Shown here piece after piece: positions 48,838 to 56,443 of a stretch of DNA of 64,000 nucleotides (positions are counted from its first letter, which is position 1; every line of letters starts with the position of its first letter). Position numbers and translations under genes: made by a program. The stretch comes from an uncultured Haloferula sp. (GTDB lineage Bacteria; Verrucomicrobiota; Verrucomicrobiia; Verrucomicrobiales; Akkermansiaceae), in contig CBFGTS010000001.1 in the NCBI GenBank assembly GCA_965652295.1, positions 128,001 to 192,000 of the forward strand, read 5' to 3'. The notes beneath the pieces are model-generated. The model was given only the letters and a program-made list of their open reading frames with translations, did no database searches and had not been told where the DNA came from.

Positions 48838-49146
48838 TCAGTCCTCCTGCTGCTGAGCGATCCATTCGCTCGAGGCTTCGTGGACACGGTTCGTGCCCTT
48901 GTATTCCTTGCCGATCTTTTCGACCAGACCGCGGGTCACCAGGTTCTGAAGTTTCTCGTAAGCACGAAGGCGAAGCATTTCCTCGCCACCGCTCACGGCA
49001 TTGCGCACTTTCAGGTTCTCAAAGACGCGTTCGAAAAGGTCGTTGAAGCCAAAGACCTTGTCTTCCGCGAGGACGTTGCAGAGTTCATCCGTGACGTGAT
49101 CGGGAAGCCGGCGCGAGAACCGAGTGCGTTTCGTGGTGGTTGCCAT
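48838..49146 (-). CDS. Hypothetical 102-aa protein, possibly winged-helix
   Basis: Strong codon bias, own terminator, AT-rich upstream region; ..EMLRLRAYEKLQNLVTRGLVEKIGKEYKG. Confidence 0.75.
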   Translation of the reverse strand: MATTTKRTRFSRRLPDHVTDELCNVLAEDKVFGFNDLFERVFENLKVRNAVSGGEEMLRLRAYEKLQNLVTRGLVEKIGKEYKGTNRVHEASSEWIAQQQED

Positions 49147-49324
49147 AGCGGCGCGAGGATAGCAGCAAGCTGTCACAAAAGCGACCCCAAAAAGATCAGG
49201 CTTTAAAAAAATGCCGCGTATTCTGGCAAACAAAAAATTAAGGATATCCAAAATAAATGCTTGTGTGCCCTTCACCCGCGTCGGGCATTGACGGATCAAA
49301 GGGCCTCGCCAAGCTGACCGCACG

Positions 49325-49918
49325 ATGATCGTGCGCTTGCGGGGAACGGTGTGGGAAAGCTACCCGAATCGGCTGGTCGTGGACGTGGCCGGGGTGGGGT
49401 ATGAAGTGCTGGTCCCGCTGAGCTGCATCGACCGCCTGCATCCGGTCGAAGGGCGCCCGATCGATCTTCGGACCTATCATCACCAGCGCGAGAACGGGCA
49501 AACGCTCTATGGTTTCTCCAGCGAAGAGGAGCGCGACGTTTTCATCCTGCTGATCGATCGGGTGAGCGGGATCGGCCCGGCGATTGCGATGTCGATCCTG
49601 AGCGGCATGCCGGCCGGGCGTTTCAAGGCCTGTGTGGCAAATGGCGAAATTGGCGAGCTTTCGAAGATCAAGGGTCTGGGGAAGAAGACGGCGGAGCGGA
49701 TCGTGCTGGAGTTGAAGGACAAGGTCGGGGTGGTGGATACGTGGCGGGAGGTGGCGGCGGGAGGCATGCAGCCAGCGGCGGCGGATGCGGAACTGGCGTT
49801 GTTGGCGTTGGGCTACAAGCAGGTGGACGCGCGCAAGGCGGTGAAGGCGGCATTGGAGGCGCAGCCGGGGGCGGCGACGGAGGAGTTGGTCCGCTGCGCG
49901 CTTCGTTCGATGGCATGA
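49325..49918 (+). CDS. ruvA: Holliday junction branch migration protein RuvA
   Basis: VAGVGYEV, LYGF, VSGIGP, IKGLGKKTAERIVLELKDK, ALLALGY. Confidence 0.95.
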   Translation: MIVRLRGTVWESYPNRLVVDVAGVGYEVLVPLSCIDRLHPVEGRPIDLRTYHHQRENGQTLYGFSSEEERDVFILLIDRVSGIGPAIAMSILSGMPAGRFKACVANGEIGELSKIKGLGKKTAERIVLELKDKVGVVDTWREVAAGGMQPAAADAELALLALGYKQVDARKAVKAALEAQPGAATEELVRCALRSMA

Positions 49919-51198
49919 AGGCGGATTTCGAAGCATTGCGCGATGCCGGAGCCGGGGAGCGGTTCGGGCGCAGCTGGAAGGTTTCGCCGCAGCCGCTGGC
50001 GCTGTCGAAGGGCGAGGTGCGTGCGCTGCGGGGTATGGGGCACGTGCTGGCCAGATTCCAGCAGACCTGCGACGAGGTTTACCGGCGGAGCGCTGCGGGT
50101 TCGCTGCCGGGCTGGATCGCCGAACTGCTGGATACGGGCAAGCCGACGTGGATGGTCGAGGTGCAGCGGGAGGCGGGTCGCCAAGGCCAGATGCCGCGCG
50201 TGGTGAGGCCGGACCTGATGATGGGCGAAGACGGCTTTTCGCTGACGGAAATCGATGCCGTTCCAGGGGGAATGGGTCTCACCGCATGGTTGGCCCGCAC
50301 GTACAGCAAGGCGGGCTTTGAAGTGGTGGGAGGAGCGGACGGCATGGTCGAGGGCTTCCGGCGGATCACTTCGGAGGGGAATGTGACCGTCGTGGCCGAG
50401 GAGGCGGCGGATTATTTTGAAGAAATGGAGTGGCTGGCCGAACAGGCCGGCGGAGACCGGCGGATTGCGATGGTGGAGGATTTCGACGAGGCGGCGGAGG
50501 TTTACCGGTTCTTCGAATGGTTCGATTGGGAGAGCATGGATGTTTACCGCAAACTGGCGGAAGACTCCGTGGCGGGGAGGGTGGGGTTAACGCCCGGTTG
50601 CCTGCCGCACTTGGAGGACAAATTGTGGCTCGCGCTGCTGTGGACGCCGGCGCTGAAGCCGATGTGGCAGTCGATGATGCGCGGGAGTCACTTGCAGCGT
50701 TTGCGCGAGTGGGTGCCCTTCGGTTGGGTGGCGGATCCGGAACCACTGCCGCCGCAGGCGGCATTGCCGCGGCTCGGGGTGCATGGCTGGGACGAGGTGG
50801 CGGAGTTCAGCCAAAAGGAGCGGCAGCTGGTGCTCAAAATCAGTGGTTTCCACGAGATGGCGTGGGGCTCGCGGGGCGTGCACATCGGGCACGATCTTTC
50901 CTCGATGGAGTGGAAAGCGGCGTTGATGCAGGCTTTGGAGGACTTCAGCCAACAACCGTGGATTTTGCAGGAGTTTCGTGAGACGAGGCTGATCGAGCAC
51001 CCGGTTTACCAAGATGACGGCTCGGTGGAGGTGATGCCGATGAGGGCCCGGCTTTGTCCGTATTATTTCACCGATGCGGCAGGGAAGACCGAGCTGGGCG
51101 GGTGCCTGGCGACGCTGGTCCCGGCGGATAAGAAGAAGATCCACGGCATGAATGATGCCGTGCTGGTGCCCTGCGTCGAGGAGAGCGATCTGGAGTGA
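49915..51198 (+). CDS. Uncharacterised ATP-grasp-like ligase (glutathionylspermidine synthase-like)
   Basis: RPDLM..TEIDAVPGGMG; LVLKISGF..WGSRGV; WILQEF; RARLCPYYF; ATGA overlap with ruvA. Confidence 0.6.
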   Translation: MKADFEALRDAGAGERFGRSWKVSPQPLALSKGEVRALRGMGHVLARFQQTCDEVYRRSAAGSLPGWIAELLDTGKPTWMVEVQREAGRQGQMPRVVRPDLMMGEDGFSLTEIDAVPGGMGLTAWLARTYSKAGFEVVGGADGMVEGFRRITSEGNVTVVAEEAADYFEEMEWLAEQAGGDRRIAMVEDFDEAAEVYRFFEWFDWESMDVYRKLAEDSVAGRVGLTPGCLPHLEDKLWLALLWTPALKPMWQSMMRGSHLQRLREWVPFGWVADPEPLPPQAALPRLGVHGWDEVAEFSQKERQLVLKISGFHEMAWGSRGVHIGHDLSSMEWKAALMQALEDFSQQPWILQEFRETRLIEHPVYQDDGSVEVMPMRARLCPYYFTDAAGKTELGGCLATLVPADKKKIHGMNDAVLVPCVEESDLE

Positions 51199-51266
51199 TC
51201 GCCATGAAGTGCTCCGGCATGACGGAACTTTGAGGATGGGGTCGCAAGTCGCCGGGCGAGCTGGCT

Positions 51267-51350
51267 CGGAGCCGACATGTCGGCTCCGGGGAGGAGCCGC
51301 GAACAAGAAGCGGCTCGGAGGAAAAAGCGGAGACACGTCTCCGCACTCCG
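51267..51350. repeat. Cluster of REP-like palindromes
   Basis: CGGAGCCGACATGTCGGCTCCG (perfect palindrome); GAGCCGC..GCGGCTC; AAAGCGGAGACACGTCTCCGCACTCC. Confidence 0.6.
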
Positions 51351-51365
51351 AAGAAAGGGGACACG

Positions 51366-51396
51366 AAAAAAGCCCGGGTAGACTACCCGGGCCTTT
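51366..51396 (-). terminator. Terminator of rpmB (possibly bidirectional)
   Basis: AAAAAA-GCCCGGGTAG-A-CTACCCGGGC-CTTT. Confidence 0.75.
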
Positions 51397-51423
51397 GAAA
51401 GATGGATCGGAAATCCCGTGCGA

Positions 51424-51687
51424 TCAGACGATGCCTGCTTCCTTGAGGGTCGCGTAGGCACCGTTCTTGTTGATCGTCTTGAGCGCGCGGGCGGAAAGCT
51501 TCACGCGGACGAACCGGTCGAGCTCGGGGACCCAGATGCGCTTGGTCTGAAGGTTGGGAGCGACTTTGCGCTTCACGACCTTGGTGACGTGGCGGCCGAT
51601 CCCGCCCTTTTTTTTGGCGAGACCGGAACGGTTGATGCGGCCGCCGGAGCGGACTCGGCTTCCTCGGATGCTGCAAACGCGGGCCAT
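51424..51687 (-). CDS. rpmB: 50S ribosomal protein L28
   Basis: MARVCSIRG..KKKGGIGRHVTK..PNLQTKRIWVPE..LSARALKTINKNG. Confidence 0.93.
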   Translation of the reverse strand: MARVCSIRGSRVRSGGRINRSGLAKKKGGIGRHVTKVVKRKVAPNLQTKRIWVPELDRFVRVKLSARALKTINKNGAYATLKEAGIV

Positions 51688-51818
51688 GGTGGGAAAGTGG
51701 TTAGGGATTGAGGTCCGGTCTTCGGACGGGCGGCGAAGGATGCACGGCACCAATGACCGGTCAAGGCAAAACCCGGTGATTTCCGAAGACAATTTGCGGA
51801 CGGTGGAACGGCGCGAAA

Positions 51819-52745
51819 TCAACGGGCGAAATCCGCTGCCGTTTCGGCCAGCCGGGCGGTCTCCGGCTTTCCATGATGCAGAAGGACGCGGTAGCGAAGT
51901 TCGAGAGTAGCGCCCTTTTTCAGAAGAAAGTCGCCGCTCCCCGCCGGCTTTCCTTTCTCGAAATCATGGATGCCGAAGGGGTTGGCAGCGAGCAGACCGT
52001 AGTCGCGCGCGTGCCACCAGGTGGGGAAACGCAGGTTTTCAGGGTGGTCGAACATGGCGACCACGGCGGGTTCTCCTTTTTCATCAGGCCCATAAAACGC
52101 CACCCATTCCGAGCGCTGGCCCCAGCTCTGGTCGTCGGTGCGCCCCTCGCTGTCGAGGATCCCGCCCTTGGCCAGCGTGCCTTTGAGGCGCAGGGTGCGA
52201 TCGACCCGGACCGCGCAGGTGCCTTCCTTGGTGTCGCCGAACTTCACATCATCATCGGCGGCGGTGAGCTTTGAGATCAGATCGATCCACAGGGTTTCTT
52301 CATCCGGCCTGTGGAAACGGTAGTGGCGGGTTTCGGCGAGCTGGCGTCGGCCATCGGCCACCCATTCCAGATCGACGGCGAACGAGACGCCGTTCTCCGT
52401 TTCCGTTTCCCCATGGGTTCGGAGGTGCCGGATCTCGGGTTCTCCGCCGCCGGTCCAGGCCCAGAAATCGTAGCCGTTCACCGCGCCGTGGGAAAACCAC
52501 ATCGAGCGGTGGTGCGGGTGGTCTTTTTCCTCACCTTCGACGCCTTTCTTGATCGGCCAGTTCCGGGCGAGGTTCGCGCCGGACGCGCTGGGCAGGGGAT
52601 ACACGTAGGGCACCCGGCCGGTGTGGTAGGCGGTGAGGAGCGCGCCGTCTTCCCACACTTCCACGCCGTCGTCAGTGGGCTTTAGTTCCATCGCCGTGGC
52701 GACCATGGCCAGCATCGGGGCGGTCCAGCAGAACATTCGTAACAT
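51819..52745 (-). CDS. Secreted DUF6807 ('PmoA family') beta-sandwich protein (start uncertain)
   Basis: PYVYPL, DHPHHRSMWF, DFW, DHPEN..WHARDYGLLAANPFG, LRYRVLLH. Confidence 0.7.
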   Translation of the reverse strand: MLRMFCWTAPMLAMVATAMELKPTDDGVEVWEDGALLTAYHTGRVPYVYPLPSASGANLARNWPIKKGVEGEEKDHPHHRSMWFSHGAVNGYDFWAWTGGGEPEIRHLRTHGETETENGVSFAVDLEWVADGRRQLAETRHYRFHRPDEETLWIDLISKLTAADDDVKFGDTKEGTCAVRVDRTLRLKGTLAKGGILDSEGRTDDQSWGQRSEWVAFYGPDEKGEPAVVAMFDHPENLRFPTWWHARDYGLLAANPFGIHDFEKGKPAGSGDFLLKKGATLELRYRVLLHHGKPETARLAETAADFAR

Positions 52746-53019
52746 GCACGCATTCAACGCCAGATGGATCATCTAGCAAGAGCGGGATCATCCCCCGAAG
52801 CGGGCATGGTGAGATTTCCGGGTAACATGAAAACAGATGAATACGGATAATTAAGAAAGTAAAAGTATCTTAAAATCAGTGAATTATGGCTTGATCGATG
52901 GTGCGTCTATGGGTTTTATCAACCCCGTTCACCCACACCCGCATGGTCGCGCCCGTGCCCCCCAAGGTCAGGCCGTCGGGAGTAGTGGTTCTCACCCAAC
53001 CTCTATTCCACACCACACC

Positions 53020-53208
53020 ATGAGCCGCGAGGCAGTATTGAAACTGTCCTTCCTTGGGAAGGCACCGACCGATCGAAATGACTTGTTCCGGATTCTCGAC
53101 CTAGCCGGGAAGGTCCTGGAGGGCGACCAGCGCCCTGGGCTTCCCGAGGACGAGGAGTTTCCGGGAAACGTGATCCCGTTTCCCGGGACATGCCTGATGG
53201 GCGGCTGA
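53020..53208 (+). CDS. Small hypothetical protein
   Basis: 62-aa ORF after an AT-rich promoter-like region; ends ..NVIPFPG. Confidence 0.5.
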   Translation: MSREAVLKLSFLGKAPTDRNDLFRILDLAGKVLEGDQRPGLPEDEEFPGNVIPFPGTCLMGG

Positions 53209-53282
53209 CCGCCGGGTCCGGGAAGCAGTGGCGGCGAGTTTTCCCGGAATAGATGCCGCCCTGCCTACTCCAACCCGGGTCC

Positions 53283-53831
53283 ATGAGCGAATTCGAGGCA
53301 TTGGTCGACGCGCACTACGAGGGGCTTTACCGCTTCGCCCTGTCGTTGGCCAAGAATCGTGACACGGCTGCGGATCTCGTTCAGCAAACCTTCTGCATCT
53401 GGGCCCGGAAAGGGGACCAGCTTCGCGACCGGTCGAAGGCCAAGACCTGGCTTTTCACCACCCTCCACCGTGAGTTTCTCAGCCACGCGCGGAGGACGCG
53501 GCGCTATGCGGACGGGGAGCTGACCGAGGAAATCATCGAACGGGCCGGTGCCGGAGAAGACGATGCCGATCGCCAGCTCGATGGTCAGCGCGTGCTCGAA
53601 TTGCTCGGCGGACTTGACGAGACCTTCCGTGCGCCGATCACGCTCTTCTACCTCCAGCAGCACAGCTACAAGGAGATCGCCCAAATCCTCGACATCCCGA
53701 TCGGGACGGTGATGTCGCGCATTTCCCGGGCGAAGGAGATGTTGAAAAAGCGCATGACCCAGGAACCGGCCAGCGCGCCGAAGAACATCCTGCAACTGCA
53801 ACCCGAGCACCTGCGCAAGCACCATGGATAG
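53283..53831 (+). CDS. ECF RNA polymerase sigma factor
   Basis: AADLVQQTF, KTWLFT, SYKEIAQILDIPIGTVMSRISRAK. Confidence 0.92.
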   Translation: MSEFEALVDAHYEGLYRFALSLAKNRDTAADLVQQTFCIWARKGDQLRDRSKAKTWLFTTLHREFLSHARRTRRYADGELTEEIIERAGAGEDDADRQLDGQRVLELLGGLDETFRAPITLFYLQQHSYKEIAQILDIPIGTVMSRISRAKEMLKKRMTQEPASAPKNILQLQPEHLRKHHG

Positions 53832-54732
53832 GGAACAGGCACGATTCATCCTCCGGTCGTTCCGCGCGAGTAGCGCGGACGCGAGCGACGCGGAGTTCGC
53901 CGAGGCGCTGGCCTTGGCGGCGAACGACCGCGAGCTGGGCGAGTGGCTCGCCCGCGAGCACGCGACGGACACCGCTTTTGCCGCGGCCCTGAGCCGTGTG
54001 AGTTTGCCCGAAGGGTTGCGCGAGGAAGTGCTCGCATCTTTTGATGCCACCGGGGACACGCCGGTGGAGCGTGATGGCGCAGACCAGCTGTGGTCGTCCG
54101 CTCTCGCTTCCGTTTCTCCGCCTTCCGGTCTGCGGGCGGAAATCCTCGCCGCCATGGAGATGTCGGCTCCGCGGGTGATCCGACGGCCGGCGTGGAAACG
54201 ATTCGCCCTGCCTCTCGCCGCTGCGGCGGGCATCGCACTCGCCTTGGTGGTGACCCGGCCCGGCGCTTCGCCGCCCGCGGTTCCAGTGGCTGCGTTGCCG
54301 ACAGCGCCATCCGGTGCCGTACCGATCAGTCACGTCGAGGATTCCGCCATTTCCCTGCTCGAATCTCCCGGTTTCACGCTCGATCTCAGCAATCCGGATC
54401 ACGAAGTGCTTTTCCAACACATCCGCAAGTCCGGCCGCGCCTGCCCTGGCGGCGCCGTGCCGAAGGGCCTTGAAGACATTCCCGGCCTCGGCTGCCGCAA
54501 CCTCGAAGTGGAGGGAAAGGAAGGAGCCATCGTCTGCTTCCGCCGGGCCGAGGGCGACGTGGTCCACCTCGTGGTGTTCCGGCAGTCGGACATCAGCTGC
54601 AAGCTGCCGACCTGCGGCCACCCGAAACTCGGCAAGCACGGCGACTGGTCGGTCGCCCGCTGGCAGAAGGACGGCCGCGTCTTCCTGCTGCTCGGCCACG
54701 TGCCGGAAAAGCAGCTCGACGAGCTGTTCTGA
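53824..54732 (+). CDS. Putative single-pass anti-sigma factor
   Basis: Overlaps the sigma factor stop; cytoplasmic repeats (P.GLR.E.LA), one TM helix, periplasmic domain with GCR..CF..VHLVVF. Confidence 0.65.
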   Translation: MDREQARFILRSFRASSADASDAEFAEALALAANDRELGEWLAREHATDTAFAAALSRVSLPEGLREEVLASFDATGDTPVERDGADQLWSSALASVSPPSGLRAEILAAMEMSAPRVIRRPAWKRFALPLAAAAGIALALVVTRPGASPPAVPVAALPTAPSGAVPISHVEDSAISLLESPGFTLDLSNPDHEVLFQHIRKSGRACPGGAVPKGLEDIPGLGCRNLEVEGKEGAIVCFRRAEGDVVHLVVFRQSDISCKLPTCGHPKLGKHGDWSVARWQKDGRVFLLLGHVPEKQLDELF

Positions 54733-54741
54733 GCCGCGGTG

Positions 54742-55518
54742 CTACGGGAAAGCCAGTAGTTTCACGGCAAGACCGATGCCGATCGCGGCGACGATGATCC
54801 GGACGATGTTGGCCGGGATCCGTTGCGCGTAGTGGGCTCCGATGAAATAGCCCGGAAATGCGCCCGCCAACAGGACCAGCGTCAGAGGTAGGTCGTAACG
54901 ACCGCTGATCAGGAAACCGATCGTCGCGGCCGTGTTGCAGAGGGCACCGAGGAGATTCTTGAGCGCGTTCATCCGGTGGACGTCGCGAAATCCCAGCAGA
55001 CCCAGCCCGGCCAGCATCATGATTCCGATCCCTGCCCCGAAGTAGCCGCCGTAGATCGCCACCACGCTTTGAAACGCCATCGCCTTCGGCGTCGGTCCCA
55101 CGGGCTCAGCGGCGTGGGCGCGGGTCCAGCGGCGCAGCGGTTCGTTGAAAAGGAAAAGCCCCGTGGCGAGGAGGATCAGCCATGGCACGGAGGCTTCGAA
55201 GATGCTCTCCGGCATGGCCAGCAGCAGCCACGCGCCGATGCCGCCACCGATGAGCGAGACGAGTCCCATCGGCAGAATCCAGGCCCGGACCTCGCGCAGC
55301 CGCTGGCGGAACGACCACACCGAACCCGGGATGCCAAACCACAGCGCGATCGTGGAACTCGTATTGGCCATCACCGGAGGCAGGCCGGCCGCGAGCAGCG
55401 CGGGAAAGGTGAGCAGCGTGCCGCCGCCGGCAATGGCGTTCACCGCCCCGGCGGCGAAACCGGCGAGCAGGACGAGCCAGGGAAAGGGATCGGGCACGGC
55501 CCCAATAGCATCGCACAC
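54742..55518 (-). CDS. TSUP / sulfite exporter TauE-SafE family membrane protein
   Basis: AGAVNAIAGGGTLLTFPAL; YGGYFGAGIG; NALKN. Confidence 0.88.
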   Translation of the reverse strand: MCDAIGAVPDPFPWLVLLAGFAAGAVNAIAGGGTLLTFPALLAAGLPPVMANTSSTIALWFGIPGSVWSFRQRLREVRAWILPMGLVSLIGGGIGAWLLLAMPESIFEASVPWLILLATGLFLFNEPLRRWTRAHAAEPVGPTPKAMAFQSVVAIYGGYFGAGIGIMMLAGLGLLGFRDVHRMNALKNLLGALCNTAATIGFLISGRYDLPLTLVLLAGAFPGYFIGAHYAQRIPANIVRIIVAAIGIGLAVKLLAFP

Positions 55519-55543
55519 AAGGTTTCCCGCAAGGCTGAACGCC

Positions 55544-56443
55544 TCAACGGCGCGTCACCCGCAGGCGGAAAAAATCGCGTCCCGATTCCGGAGCGGGAAA
55601 CACCACGCTCAGGATCTCCAGGCCGGCGTCCGCCGGGTGCGGACCCACCGAAACGCTCTGGATGGCGCCATCGAAAGTCGCCCAACCCGAGAGATCGGTG
55701 GAACGCTGGATTTCGTAGTGGAAGGCCGCACTCGAAAACTGCGAGCCGGTGCCGGAAGACCCGACGCGGCGGACGAGGTTCAAGGTGCCGGGGTGGAGGT
55801 CCAGCGGCAGCGGATCGGACGTGCCGGGATCGCTGCCCGTGGCGAATTCGATCAACGCGCTCCGACCATCGCCATCCGCGTCGGAATCATCCGGATTCGC
55901 CAGTGCCACGGCCTGATGCAGCTCGCCGCCGAGCGTGGCCGAGTTGACGCCGGGCTCACGCACGGAAACCAGCACCGCGCCGGGGCTCATGAGTGCGGCC
56001 GAGGTGGTCTGGCAGGAGATCGAACCGAATGCCGGCACGGTCCAGGTCGGAGCGGAAAAAACGAGCTGACCGGTGGCTTGGGCAAAATCCGGAGCGTCCA
56101 GAATCCACAGGTAGATGCGCTTGCCGGATTGGCTTGAGGCGTCGACCGAAGCCGCTCCGGAAAAGGAGCCGGCAAAACCCTGTGCCACGCCATTGAAGGT
56201 GCCGACCGCAGTCGTGGCATAGCTCACGAAATGCGCTTGGAGGGTGAAGTGGTCGTTTCCCGCCGCGATCACCTCCGCCGGGGTCAGATCGAAGGTGCCA
56301 ACCATCACCCGGCAGCCGACCGGGAGGTCGAGACCCTGGATGCTGCCCACCCCTCCGCCGGCACCTTGGGCACCATAGCTCACGGAAACCCCGTCGGCGC
56401 AGGCGCAGGCCGCCACCAGGAAGAAAGCGAGGGCGCGGATCAT
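55544..56443 (-). CDS. Secreted hypothetical protein with D-x-D-G-D-G / FFRLRV C-terminal tail
   Basis: Signal peptide; GKRIYLWI; DADGDGRSALIEFATGSDP..YEIQRSTDL..W..FFRLRV; 4-bp overlap with the upstream gene. Confidence 0.7.
   Translation of the reverse strand: MIRALAFFLVAACACADGVSVSYGAQGAGGGVGSIQGLDLPVGCRVMVGTFDLTPAEVIAAGNDHFTLQAHFVSYATTAVGTFNGVAQGFAGSFSGAASVDASSQSGKRIYLWILDAPDFAQATGQLVFSAPTWTVPAFGSISCQTTSAALMSPGAVLVSVREPGVNSATLGGELHQAVALANPDDSDADGDGRSALIEFATGSDPGTSDPLPLDLHPGTLNLVRRVGSSGTGSQFSSAAFHYEIQRSTDLSGWATFDGAIQSVSVGPHPADAGLEILSVVFPAPESGRDFFRLRVTRR

Noticed and set aside
51819..52745. Methane monooxygenase subunit (family nickname 'PmoA')
   Set aside because: It is a soluble exported beta-rich protein without the multiple TM helices of true PmoA, and there is no pmoC or pmoB nearby.
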